Shown here in pieces: positions 11,832 to 24,356 of a stretch of 64,000 bases of DNA. The notes beneath the pieces were generated by a model that searched no databases, had not been told where the DNA came from, and was given only the letters and a program-made list of their open reading frames with translations. The number at the start of each line of letters is the position of its first letter. The first letter of the stretch is position 1. The translations under genes were made by a program, and so were the position numbers. Origin of the DNA: Fistulifera solaris (lineage: Eukaryota); assembly GCA_030295235.1 (NCBI GenBank), contig AP026162.1, forward strand, positions 1,674,001 through 1,738,000, written 5' to 3'.

Positions 11832-13913
11832 ATGAAAATATCAAATTGGACCCTCGCTGCGAACAGCGGTAAGAAGAGGCCAGTTGCTGCACGATGGGAT
11901 GCTAGAGATGATCTGTATATAACGACGGAACATCAGATCTCGTGCTTGAAAAATGATACTGTTTACTATTCCAAGCGTCCGACGCAAGCTTCTGCCTTTA
12001 TCACAAAGTCGGCTACTCCTATTGCTGCATTATCGACGACAAAGCGTGTATTTGCCTTCTCAAACGGCAACACAAAGCTTGAATGTTGGTCGTCTTCGGA
12101 TGCTTCTTCCGAAACTCTGATCACATTGCCGAGTCCGGCGGTAGATATCGAATTTTGTGCGCCGTATGTCTACGGTAGCTGTGAGGATGGGAAAGCATTT
12201 GTAACAAGTGGCGGAACGGTGGAGATCATTCCTGCTGTTGTTGAAGGCGGAGTGATGCTCAAGACGATCATGTTATCTCATTCCACTGTTTCGGTCGGCA
12301 CGAAGCGAAAAGCAAAGATGGAATCTGCGAAATTGTACCAGGTTTTCCAAGCGAAGGATGGAATAGTATTGGTCGTACACGAATTACTTGTGGAGGATAC
12401 AACAATACAAGTGACACGCTCTGATACGAAAGTGCTGACGGAAGACTACTGCAACATAGAAATTGTCGGTGTGCACCGTGATTATGTCGGATTTTGCTAC
12501 GATCGCGAGAATCAACGTTATTTTGGATCTTTGTCTCTCGTGAATGCACGAGTTACGTCTTTAGTGTTGCCAGCTGGTGCTCGTAGGGTAGCGCTAATGG
12601 GTCCTCTTCTCGTCGTTTTACTGGGAAACAGTTTAATGTTTTTGGATTCTATGAGAGGCGGTATCATCGATGAGAAATCGCTCCCTCACACAATGGATAG
12701 CTGCGATGAGGATACAATTCAAGTGATAGTGAAGGAGAGAAAGCTTGCTTTGCTTTTCGGTAAAGACACAGTGCAGGTGGCGACTGCGACCTTGTCTTCA
12801 AGTACAGTCGGTAACCTGGCGAGCCTATTAACCAATTCTCTAGAAACGACGACGAAGACCCTTCACGTCCGACAGTTTGTTCACTCACCAGATGCTTCAT
12901 TAGAGGAAAGTATATCGATGCTTATCGACGCTTACGAACATATTGTATCGAACAAGGCATGCAAGGAGAATTCTTTACTGCAATCATTTGAAAACGCTTT
13001 GAAGTGCCTCGCTCCATCGCACAACGACTGCGACAACCCGCAGGAGCAAAGTCCAAAAAAACGGTCTAAAGTATCTTCAAATGGCGTGCACCACAACGGA
13101 ATGAATGGAAACGCAGCCCCTTCTTTCACAGATTTTCCAACGGCTGTGGTGGACTGCTCAACGGAAATTGTCGTGAGACTTCTTTGCGTTGACAAGCTAG
13201 CACGTTCAGACTCTGCTTTACTGCTAAGACGGCTCACGAGAACGAAGAAGGTCTCGGCGCGAAAACATTTTGCATCACTACCGAGAATTCTTTTAGCGTT
13301 GAGACGAAATATCGATTACAACTCTACCGATTTTCTAACGGACATGCTTCAATACTGTCCTGACATTTCCGAGTCACAGCTGGTGTCTTGTTTGCGTTTT
13401 GGAATCTGTTATTTTACGGCTGATGAGCATCTTGAAGGTGCGACGAACGGAGAGAAACACACGTCAACGAACGGCAAGAAGGATCTACACGCCGTATTCA
13501 AAGTCATTCGCAAATCGCTTGGTCACCTGCTGGGACAAATTCTTTCATACTCTCCCTGCAATGACAGCTTGTTGCGTGCTGCTTTTGTGGACGTTCTGTC
13601 TACAGCGGAAATGAAAGTTACTTTGACTCTGTTGGTGGAATGTTTAGAGTCGAACTCTGATGCTAATGTGAAGATGCAAGCCTTACAATGGATCTCAAAC
13701 CTCTGCGATTGCTTGAACACAAGAAACGATCATTCCATCGACATTCATGCAATTCGAAGACGTATCACTTCGTATTTAAAGAACATTCAGGGAACGATTG
13801 TGCTAAAGGGCGTGATAGACAGTATAATGGATTCGATTGAAGGCTCGAGCAACGGCAAGTCCGTGTGGACCGGAAAGCTTCCTCCCTACCAAATCGAACG
13901 ATTAACCTTTTAA
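11832..13913 (+). CDS. Hypothetical protein, possibly NOL11/Utp8-like nucleolar protein
   Basis: Intact 693-aa ORF with a beta-rich N-half and helical C-half. C-terminal PPYQIERLTF resembles the YSIE-type terminus of NOL11/Utp8. Confidence 0.5.
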   Translation: MKISNWTLAANSGKKRPVAARWDARDDLYITTEHQISCLKNDTVYYSKRPTQASAFITKSATPIAALSTTKRVFAFSNGNTKLECWSSSDASSETLITLPSPAVDIEFCAPYVYGSCEDGKAFVTSGGTVEIIPAVVEGGVMLKTIMLSHSTVSVGTKRKAKMESAKLYQVFQAKDGIVLVVHELLVEDTTIQVTRSDTKVLTEDYCNIEIVGVHRDYVGFCYDRENQRYFGSLSLVNARVTSLVLPAGARRVALMGPLLVVLLGNSLMFLDSMRGGIIDEKSLPHTMDSCDEDTIQVIVKERKLALLFGKDTVQVATATLSSSTVGNLASLLTNSLETTTKTLHVRQFVHSPDASLEESISMLIDAYEHIVSNKACKENSLLQSFENALKCLAPSHNDCDNPQEQSPKKRSKVSSNGVHHNGMNGNAAPSFTDFPTAVVDCSTEIVVRLLCVDKLARSDSALLLRRLTRTKKVSARKHFASLPRILLALRRNIDYNSTDFLTDMLQYCPDISESQLVSCLRFGICYFTADEHLEGATNGEKHTSTNGKKDLHAVFKVIRKSLGHLLGQILSYSPCNDSLLRAAFVDVLSTAEMKVTLTLLVECLESNSDANVKMQALQWISNLCDCLNTRNDHSIDIHAIRRRITSYLKNIQGTIVLKGVIDSIMDSIEGSSNGKSVWTGKLPPYQIERLTF

Positions 13914-14054
13914 AATATATTAGACGGTTATTCAAACTGGCGTTGCTGTAAAAACGATGGAAGGCGACTCTAGCTGGACATGGATTTGCCAGCTCTATTT
14001 TTTGATTATTTTGCCTTATCAATTTATGAAGCTTAATCCAGCGTTTTCAGACGT

Positions 14055-14142
14055 GCCGAATTAGCTCAGTCGGTAGAGCGCACGACTCTTAGCCTAAACC
14101 TTAGTTATCGTGTGGTCGTGGGTTCAAGCCCCACATTCGGTG
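14055..14142 (+). tRNA. tRNA-Lys(CTT) with a 15-nt intron at 14092-14106
   Basis: Acceptor stem GCCGAAT/ATTCGGT; D-arm GCTC..GAGC; anticodon arm CACGA-CT-CTT-A-[intron]-A-TCGTG; T-arm GTGGG-TTCAAGC-CCCAC; followed by T-tracts (Pol III terminator). Confidence 0.93.
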
Positions 14143-14283
14143 TCTTTTTTGCTTTTTTTATTTTGCGCCGCGTCTTTTGCGCATGAAGTTTATTATTGAT
14201 TGTTAGTTGTTAGACTGTGATACTGTTATTAATTGCTATCAGAAGTCTTCTCTTTTTATTTTTAAAAGCAACTCCGCTTAAGA

Positions 14284-15775
14284 ATGTTCGAAGAATTCGG
14301 GCAGTGCATATTAGCCGCGAAAGACCAGCAAGATGAAAAGCTAACGAGAAATAGCTACTATTTAGATACAAGTGGTCGAGCTTGTCTCTCGGTGCCTTTG
14401 GTGCTGTCCTTCCCGTCAGAACAATGTCTCAAGGACACGCTTGATGCAAACTGCTTCTATCCACGCCCAAAGTATGATGAGACAACGGACGATGGTACGG
14501 AAACACAAACATCGAGTAGTATTGCCATCGAAGCAAAAGTCGCGCTGACGTTTGGCTCGGGAGAAGCTATTATGGCTGTGGTAGAACAAGTTCGAGTACA
14601 TTCGACGGAAATCATTTCCCCAACATCGGTTCTATTTGAAACTGATATCTACATTCGCGTTTCGCTTTTAGAGGGAAATACTCGATGGCGAATGACAGAT
14701 GTCAAAGTAGCGATTGAAACGTCAGCGGTACTTTCCCAACGACTTCCCTGACCAGGGTGACAATTCAACCGATACGGCACTGCAGCTGCTTAAACGAACA
14801 ATGGCAAAATCAATGGACACGGATGTTCACAATGTACGAAGCATTCGAACCGCTCCCATTAGTATCAAAGCCCATTTGACCCAAGCATTGACAGTTCATG
14901 TGGACAGTGTCAGTGGACCGACTGTGGGAGAGACTTTCCTTTCGATACACATTCGACATTCATCCACACATAAGGAACCCGTTACCGTCACTCGAATCGC
15001 ACTGCATCCGCTGCAGGAAGAATTGACACATGCGGTTCCAAGAACGACCAGCAGCACTATCCGTTGGGGATTTGCCGACCATTGCGATCCGTGTTTACCC
15101 ATCACACTCAACCCAGATGAGAGCTTTTCGACCATATTTTTGGTGGATGCTTCTCAAGATAGTGCCTACCAAACATTCAAATGTCCCGTGTCTGTGACCG
15201 CAATTCTTGGAAAGCGTGAAAGCAGTACCGAATGTCACAGATATCAAGTCACAGCGAGCGCCAAAGCGGAGTTCACATCGTCACCTATGGCCTCAGAACC
15301 GTCGGATGGTTTTGTTCTTGCTTTTCAACTTATAGACGAAAAAGTTCACATTGGTTCCTTGGTTACAGTCAGAGTGAGCGTGCGAAATTTGAGCAACGAT
15401 ACGCGTCGTAATCTGACGCTTTGGGTCGGGGACAACGGAACAAGCTGCGAAGAAGAGTTAAGCTTGGCTGCAAATGAGATACCGCGACTACAGGAAGATT
15501 CAACTGAATCAGATGATACAATCAAGATCACGGGATTGTCTCTGTCCGAACAGATTAATTCACCTCATCAATCTTTGATATCTCTTGACACCGAATATAT
15601 CCTACCGCAGATAGAAGGCCACACCGCAACCACTGCAGATTTGAGATTCATTCCTCTGGTCGAAGGATTGGTCACATTCCCACATGTCCATGTCGTTGAC
15701 CGCACGAAGGGTGTTACTTATGCAAGCTTTCATAAGTTTCGAGCGGTTGTAGGGGCCCAAACCAGTCCTTTGTGA
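14284..15775 (+). CDS. Hypothetical beta-sandwich protein, possibly TRAPP-accessory-like; frameshift ~14730
   Basis: Two overlapping ORFs (155 and 353 aa) joined by one frameshift. Ig-like strand patterns (LVTVRVSVRNLS, LRFIPLVEGLVTFPHVHVVD). Confidence 0.5.
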
Positions 15776-16392
15776 AGAATTGTGTAACGGCGTGTTTGCA
15801 AAGCGCCTCTTCGATCAAAAAGGTAGCTGAATGTTCCTTTCATTACACCTAATGACTAATGAGCTACTAGACACGCTTGAGGTACAGTAGTTTAGTTTTG
15901 GAACGATTCTAGTTGGACTATCTAGTTTTAATAGCAGCTGTTAAGGTTAAAAGTACACTATTTGTTCTACGTAGTACTATATCTATCCGTTGAAATTTAG
16001 CGAGATCTGAACGGAGAATTAGCCTATGATGAAAACCTCAAAATCTTCGTTTTCGTACTTTTTTAGTACTAGTAAAATTTTGTTTAGCTGTTGGATTTCT
16101 CTCCACTGAAATTACGAGTTGGATACATAATCTAAATATTTTGTGCATTTAGGTTTTGAATCCACTCTTTGATCTATACCGAACGATTGACTATGACATG
16201 CGCGCTGATTTTGCTTCGCCATAATACGTCTCACAATTTTCCGAAGCCAATCGCCAGAGCCAAAAGTCTGTTGTCATCAACAAGTTGTCGCTTCCTTGCC
16301 GAATGAACAAGCGATTTGGCGGTTAAACTTCTGCAACGAACTTGTAAAGCAGCTCGCAACAAGGCGCTTGTTTCGATATAACAATATCAATC

Positions 16393-19300
16393 ATGGGTAC
16401 GGCTAGTGGTGAACTGGATAATGGGTCTTTTGGACCCGGCGGTCAAGCATCATGCTGGCAAACTAATCAACAACCCGTTCATCCGTTTAATCGGAATCAT
16501 CAGAGAGAGTCTAGTAGCTTCTCGCAGGATGAGGAATCGGTCCAATCATCTCACCAGAAAGTCAATGAAAAAGTTTTCAGAGTTAAGGGAGATTCTCTTC
16601 CTTTGGAACAAGACTCAAGAGAAGATAGGAATCACATCAGAAGCGAAAGCGAGATTTATCAAGTTAGAGCATCTGTCGATCCATATTATGCAAATAATAC
16701 ATCCAGTGTTTCTCCTGCTGCGTCTCCCACCAATACTGGCAGGCAGCAATCGGCTGAACGAGAGGACAGTGCCATCCTACATCATGATGACACTGCTCCC
16801 CCTAGCCCCCGTAACAATCCCTTTGAGTCTCGTGCTGCAAGAGTAGCAAGGTTAAAACATGTGCGCCCCAAGGTTACACATCAGTCAAACGATGGTGCTC
16901 CAAAAGCAACAACCAATACTGCCAGGGATGATGAGTCTGACGCCCTGTCACATAGTTCTTCTGACATCAAAAGAGACTTGAAAACTCGCCGCTTCATAAA
17001 ATGATGCAACAGAAACGCCCTCAGCGAACAATTTCTGCCTCGCCCCCAAGATCGCGAGAGATTTCTCATGCCGGACAGGAAAAGCCAGAACGGATGAGCG
17101 AAAAACTCAAAAGAATAGCCCGTTCACAATCCCCTGCCCCTTTAAGAGTTTCTGGCCCATACAAAGTCGAGTTACGTGACGGTAGTAGTGAAGAACGGAA
17201 AGCTAGTGCTAACGAAACAGCTCATCCGGTTTTTGGTTACACAAAGAATACGGTAAAATCGGGTCGAAACTATAGAATCGATGTTTTGGACGCATCAAAA
17301 ACGAACTCACCCCCGAGAGTTCAACTGCGAGAACAAGCAATGCATCAACATAATGACACCAATGTGCGAACGAGTCAGTCTCCTCCACGGATACAAAACT
17401 CTGCGGTGCCTATGCATCAGGAAATAAAAAGACTCGATGTCGAAAAGAATAGCCATCAACAGAAACGAAGCACGAGTCCAAAGCAAGTAGCTGGACGGTT
17501 CCACGAACATACCACAAATAGGGGGAAGATCCAAAATCATGAGTATCACATGGTTGATTTGCCACGCAATGCGCTTGTTCGTGAAGGGAAATCCGAATAT
17601 TTGGACCCGACATTGCTTGAGGTCGCAATGAGTGATGAAAGTACGATCTCGACGATTTCTCATAAATATAGTGCAGAGGCGGACCGGAGAGAAATTTCCG
17701 GCTACCAGGCACCTGAAGGGTCGCGACCAAAGCAAATACAGGAACAATCAAATATTCAACGATTCGATGTGGACCCATCACGATCTGGTCACGTTTATGA
17801 TGATTTGCAAAGAACTCGAGACCGAGGAAATAATCAAGCATCTCGCTACCAGACGGTGAAAGGAAGTAGCGGAAGACAGAATGATGCTTACAACAATCAA
17901 AGGCATCAAGTACTAAGGGATCACGTCATGGCCAGAGCTGACGATGACATTTTCGAGGGATTAGAGGACGAAACTCTGCTTAATGATACTATCTTTCGTT
18001 TTGCAGATGATGACGATGGATATGTTCAGAAAGATCAACCGATTGGCAGGCATGACAATCACGCGACAAAGGAGAGAACTCGAGCTCCTTCAAGTTACGT
18101 TTCTAGAGGAGGCATACACGGTCGCTCGGGTATGGTTGTGGAAAAAACTCGAGGAACTAAGTCGGTCATATCGGACATCACCTCTGATCTAAAGTCAAGA
18201 AAGAATCGTGAATATAGGAGGAAAGATTATAGCGGTGCAGAGGTAGCTACTATAGATGAAAAAACTGACGTTGATGGTGAGAGCGATGTCGATGAAACAG
18301 ATATTGGTGGAAGCCGCACTGTCGACGACACAGTAGGGTATACTGTGGGAGAAGAAACTGAATACCAAGACAGCTACGAAGACGAGTCTGTCATTGGCAT
18401 TAGCACTCAAGAATGTACCAGGGAACTCATTATGGACTCGGCATTTTACAAAATGGGATGTGCCGTTGTCAGTTCTCTGAGCAGCGTCTTACCGGGTCAA
18501 GATGTGATCAACCAATTTTGCCAAGACCCGCGCTCTTGTTCTCAAATGCGAGCAGGAAAGAATGGCAATTGCAATTTCCTTAAAGGCGATAATGGCATTT
18601 CGGGAGGAAATACGAGGGCACAGGAGAAGACTCTTCAGCAAGTAGTACAGGGTCTTGCGAAGTCTTCCGACTCTTCTGATACAGATCCTGTTACAAGAAG
18701 GGCTCGACAAGACGAAGAAAGAATGCAAGCACAATCAAAGTTACTTGACTATGCGAGTCAGGCTATGGGACGTCTCTCGTCCACAAGACGCCGTCAACCA
18801 CAAGTACTAGCTCCAATTCTATCGCAGACGTCTCAGAGTGGGCACGGAGGGACAGGGACGGCATTCTCCGTTTCAGATGAAAAGACACATTCTGACAACT
18901 CCTCCGTTCTTTCAGTTGTTCAGACTAAAGCTTTAACTGAGGTCTCTGCATCTTTAAGGAATGAGGGCGTAAAATGTTTGAAACTTAACCGCCACAAAAA
19001 ATGGCAAGTTCGATATCTCAAAGTCTCTCAGGACGGTAATACGAAATGCCCCAAAGCGCTTTTGTGGCTGAAGAATTTATCGGCACCGACCACGAAGCTT
19101 CCGGATCTGAAAACGAATGGTCAGGGTGGTTTTCTGTTTTCGAAATTAACAAACATCGAGACTATGCAAAATACGTCTCTGTTGGACAATCTGCCAAGGA
19201 ATTTGCGCAAGGATTTTCCCTCGCTTCAGGTCGTAGCGCTTGACTACGACTGCGATGAAGGGCCACGGCAAGTCATAATCAGTTTCAAAAATTCTACAGA

Positions 19301-19409
19301 AGCCGAAGCTTTTCGTTCTGCAGTAAAAGTTATAAAGCTCTGGGCCCAGCGGGAAGGTTCATCCAGTTTGGTTGCTAGCCAGAACAACAAAGATCCTACT
19401 TCAAACTGA
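16393..19409 (+). CDS. Large, mostly disordered protein with a C-terminal PH-like domain; frameshift ~17000
   Basis: The 203-aa and 802-aa ORFs abut at an A-run. C-terminal GVKCLKLNRHKKWQVRYLKVS...FKNSTEAEAFRSAV is PH-like. Confidence 0.6.
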
Positions 19410-19609
19410 GCACTCACAATGCGTGGTTTGTAAATACTTCCATTTACAAGTGACGTACCACTTTATAGACCGTAAAGATGTGACTATTTATACTTCGTTT
19501 TTAATTTATTTATTCCTTATAACATTCAATTCATTTTGCTACGTATTAGGCAATGGGTCAGTGGATCGTGTCTTGCCTATCATGTTGACGCAATTGGCCG
19601 AGCAAGAGG

Positions 19610-21886
19610 CTAACAGATGCGACGGAATGCAATGTAGCAGCAAATTGCGGTTGCTAGGAGATTTCGATAATCTGCCAAAAACGAAGATTAAATCGAAAAG
19701 CACTCTTTTCAGAAAAACCAAGTTTTTCATTCAATTGATCCGATAAGGCCAGCGTCAGACCCACAACAAACGATAATTCGTAGGTTTTCACTGCCATCCG
19801 CATTGGATCCCCTTTCAACGGAATTTCAGCAGGGTTACATTTGACCCAACCGTTTAGTACTTCCTCGCGGCCTTTCATTGAAAGCGTCCCTTCTGACGTC
19901 CGCTCGGGCGCATCGTGGGTTACCGCACTAGCGACACTTGAAGATTGGACGAGGTTGAACGTAAAAGTGCCAGGGAAGTCATCTCCCCACTGACCCAGGA
20001 GACGGGACTGATTCAAGAAAAGCTCAAAAACTTTTTCATCGTTGCTTCCTGACAACATTCCTTCCACCTTCACGAAAGCTCGACCAAGAGCACCGAGTTC
20101 CCTAGACCTTTTGTTGCGTTCCATGTAAACTTCTTCGAGCAGCTTCTGCAAATCAGGACGTAAGGAAGCCAAAGAGATCGATCGTGGTGGTGCAAACGGC
20201 TCTAGGTTCTCGTGATGCTTAGCAATAATTGGTTCAAGTTCTCCATTCAGTAAACGCTGCAATGATCGTAGAAGGTCCGGTGAAAACACACGCATTACCC
20301 GCGTAACTACCATCATAGATGCCTCAAATCGATTCGCAGAAAAGTCTAGCTCGCGAGCGCGACGCAGGAAGATAGCAAGAGGGACCAAATAAAAGTACAA
20401 ATTCGCGGCAACGTACGGCTCCCAGTCGGAAGAGTATTTTGAAGGTTGATTGTACTTTATGACTGGTATCGCTCGTGTCGGGCCGCTCTTTGTGTTTTTG
20501 TTGAGTGCGTTCCGCGGTGAGAAATCGCGTTTCGTGGCTGTAGAAGAAAAGTCAGAAACATCTACAACGCCGACTACGGCATAGCAATAAGAAGAACTCA
20601 CCATTCGGTTTGTCCACTACATTCCACGGTTCCAACCAAATCAGCCAAAGATCCAACACGCTGTGGAAAGGAGAAGACGGAACGTGAATGGAAGCGTGAC
20701 GAAAGGTGGTTCGAATCATGTTGTAGAGTGATTGTTGCAGGGCGGTCGCGCTGGGCGACAGACACCAGCTTCGGTCCAAACTACGAGGCAGAGCAGGATC
20801 TGCGACCAGTCGAACCACCAAAGTCCGTAGGCACTTTTGGACTTTATTGCAAGGCGGATCGTAGGTCGCCCGAACCAAGTCCCACGACTCCTCCAAATCC
20901 CAGCGTTTATTTATGCGACGAGTGAGACTTGCCGTTGGCTCAATTTTTTGCGTCTCAAGCCAGAGTGCCATCAGAATTCGCAGAAACTCCGAGACCGTCG
21001 TGTGTTCTTTATCATACGGTAAAAAGTACCTCAGTGTGCTGCCGAAGGCTTGGTAGAAGAGTGATTCCCCGTACGACTCTCTCTTGACCATCATCGGCGG
21101 TTGCCGTCCCCGAAACCCCGGTACACTATTGTTGACGACAGGTTCCGCCAGAGGGAATAAAAGCATCTGGAACGCGTAATACTGAATTGGATTCAACATA
21201 ATATCCGGAGAAGTTGTTTCCTTTCCTTCCGTCTTTGCCGGCGACGATGTTGGCTTCGTGCTCATGGTCGGAGAGGTCATGCGTGCGCGGGTCGTGGGCG
21301 TTGTGGCAAATGTGGGAGCCGTGGTCCGTCCCACCCGAGGGTCGGCGACCTGTAATTTGTTCCGCCGATAGAGCATCAACGAATCTTGTTGGCTCGATCG
21401 GAACAACGCGATTTGGTTCTCGCTCAAATAAAGAGAGGGTTTACCACCCATCGACAGTTCTAAATATGCTAACCAGGCTAGTTGCGTTTGCTCCGGGAGC
21501 GCCAGAAACGGGAATTTGTATGCCGCGTGAGGTAACTGTTCGGATGTGATGACGGGTATCAATTCTTGCGTCAATAACACAACGATTGGATCTACGGGCG
21601 GCGGCGTCCGATGCGGCGCGTAGGTCGGCGTATTCGACGAACTGCCCAAAGAAGAAGCCAAGACGGAGGTTCCTGGTTTATTATTTAGAACCATCCATCC
21701 TCCTGCATTGAAGCGATAATCTTCCTTGATTTTACCAAAGATGCAATCGCAAAGACTGGGAAAGAAACGCAAGAAGCGTAGCTCGGCTGGATGGCCTCCG
21801 GCAGGTAGTTCGGAATTGAGAAAGTTTACCAGCGCCTGAGCCGTTTCTGTCGGCGAAATGTTTCGTTCGAGAAGTTCTTCTATCAT
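19610..21886 (-). CDS. SMPD4: Sphingomyelin phosphodiesterase 4-like (intron ~20539-20602; frameshift ~19680)
   Basis: LQQSLYNMIR...FHSVLDLWLIWLEPW, WEPYVAANLYFY, VKTYELSFVV. Correcting the frameshift gives NLRFLADYRNLL plus a hydrophobic tail, as in SMPD4. Confidence 0.75.
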
Positions 21887-22449
21887 TGTTATTTACTGCC
21901 GTGTCAAGTGATCAATTATAGGACTATAAAAACGGAAGAAAGTTAGACCCTATAATGGTAATGACAGCTTTTCGCATTGATGTTGCGCGTCAAACGTCAA
22001 ACGTCTAACGTCAAACGGCCGACGGACGATTGCATTCATGTCTGAAATCCAATCTTGGAGAAAAACTGACAACACTCTTTGGGACTATAGTCAATTACAC
22101 AAAAAAAATTATGAGGAGTTTTGACACGACGTTTGATAAGATGAAAGTATTTCATCATACTGATAGGTTTCGCAAGCAAGGACAGCTTACATTTTACTCG
22201 AAAGATTGTTCTTCGCGATTGCAATAACACCAAAACTAGAATACTCGTGAATGAAAACCATTCATGTAGCTTTAACCTTACCGTGGGGAAGGATCGGGTT
22301 CAACGAAAGACACCGCACCTTTCTCTCACTGACACGCAAAAATACGATTGCAACTTCGCGTCAGCAGCAGAACAAAACACGACATTTGCACAAAAAAAAA
22401 AAACGACAACTTCTTGGCATTACAATCACAATTGCCATTCACAACTACA

Positions 22450-23087
22450 ATGATGAAAGTTTTTCTTCTTCTTGCTACCTTTCTTCCGACGATCGGTGCC
22501 TTTCAGGGCTTGACTTCATCGTCAAGATGTCCCACAGCCTTGGCCATGAGCGACGACGACTTTATGCGCTGGGCGCGTGCGTCTCGAAGTGCCCAAGATG
22601 GTGATAATGTGGTTGAGCTCGTACGACCGTTGGGTCTTATTCTGAAGGAAGACGAACAACGCAACGTATACGTTGAAACATTGGCGCCGAAGGGGAACGC
22701 GGCGCGTTCTGGAAAGGTGAGGGATTAATAGAGCTCTTGACGAATATCGACTCTATGATTCTGTTCCGGCTCACAACTGATAAACAGGTGAAAGAGGGGG
22801 ACATTGTAACTATGTGCAGTGCTACGTTTGGAAACGAAATGTGGAGTACTCGTGGTGTTGGGTTGAGCCGTGTGTTGGCCGCCATTCGTCTACGGGCTGG
22901 GTCGACCGTGAGCCTGGTGTTTGAAACACCCGGAGAATACAAAAAGAAACAAGCTTTGACCAACAAAGAGATTCAGCAAAGAGAAGAGGCTGCTCGTGCG
23001 GCACAGGCAAAGAAGGATAGTTTGCTAAAAGAACTCGAAAATGATGAGAAGAAATTGAATCCGAAGAAATTCTTTGGATTGTTTTAA
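22450..23087 (+). CDS. Small PDZ-domain protein with a putative plastid-targeting presequence (intron 22717-22787)
   Basis: Signal peptide ending GA-F; RPLGLILKE...VYVETLAPKGNAARSGKVKEGDIV PDZ motif; ends KKFFGLF. Confidence 0.8.
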
Positions 23088-23374
23088 TGTCGTACATACT
23101 AAGCACGAAACACACACAACAATCTCTCTAGCATGAGATATCGGGTTTATGGCGAAATCAGGTCTACTGCAGTTAATCGTGATAGCTATCATATTTGAAA
23201 ATTGCAGCTACTTTACATGTGTCAACGTACGCTCGCAAATGGGGTAGACGGCTTTTCGTCGAGTCGACTTCAAATTCAAAGCGCGAAATGGATCTCCTGC
23301 ATATAGCGCGATCCAACCACATGGCGGTAGATTGAATTCGGTCAAGGACTTTCTTGTGGCGGTCAGTGTATCTT

Positions 23375-23661
23375 GCTCCATATATTCCATGCAAAACATC
23401 AATTTACCGTTCGGTCCTAGTTCCATTTCAACCATCACAACTGATAAATCTACCATGTCGTGTCGTACATCAAATATTGTTTCATAAAGATCGCCCGGAT
23501 CGTTCGCCGGATCCATATTCATCACCGACGCATTGAGTTGCAGCAAGGAAATAACACGCAAATATAGTTACATACAATTGGCAATACGTCGTTTTTCCCG
23601 CCCCAGGAGGACCCACCACGACTTGTCCGTAGGATACAGCGTTCTTGGAAGAACCCGTCAT
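23375..23661 (-). pseudogene. GPN-loop GTPase (GPN2-like) 5' fragment
   Basis: YGQVVVGPPGAGKTTYC, NMDPAND and ELGPNGKLMFCMEY are split over frames, and the gene is truncated after the GPN motif. Confidence 0.8.
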
Positions 23662-23854
23662 ATTCGGTTCCTGCGTGTGCGCCTGATTTATGAAGCGAAT
23701 GCTTAATGCACTCTCGATTTGCCGCGGAGAAGTGATTGCTGCGATAGATGCTCGAGATCCAGATCTCTTAGAATTTGCTGCGGAAAAGTGATTGCTGCGA
23801 TAGATGCGCAAAATCCTGATCTTCTTAAATTTTGTTTTAAAAAAGCAAGCGTTA

Positions 23855-24356
23855 AGCCAGGGCATTTCCTCCATTGAATAACAAGATATAGTAGGCTGCA
23901 GAGTTGCGCGATGAAAGCAAAATGAAGCCTTTCGTCCGATTTTGCCTTCCAATCCCCTTGCAAAAAGTTACGGATTTCACTTAGCGAAGAAGACATCCCA
24001 CAGATGGATTATACTTAGCTCTCGAAAACCGTTTATGTACTATAGTCGATTGTGTAAAAGGAAAACCATAAAGGGGTCTGTTTTTGCTCAATTAATTAAG
24101 GTTATTTGATTTAAAAGTTGAATAACCTTAATGACATAGAGGGAGACCGGCGTCACTTTATGGTTTTCCGTCTACATAATCGACGATAGTACCAAAATGG
24201 TTTTCGCAAGCTAAATATAATCCATCTGATAAATGTCGCTTCTATTAAGTGAAATCCGTAACTTTTAAAGTAAGAAAACCGGACGAAGCTTATTTTGCTT
24301 CATCGCGCAACTCTTCAGCTTACATCTTGTTATTTCTTATAGAAAATGACCTGGCT
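23855..24356. mobile_element. Foldback/MITE-like palindrome (~500 bp, ~200-bp imperfect arms)
   Basis: Arms 23855-24073 and 24156-24356 are reverse complements (e.g. GGAAAACCATAAAG / CTTTATGGTTTTCC). Nested palindrome TTAAGGTTATT..AATAACCTTAA in the loop. Confidence 0.7.

Noticed and set aside
15800..16250. AT-rich stretch as candidate centromere
   Set aside because: Only a few hundred bp and no distinguishing structure; consistent with ordinary intergenic DNA.
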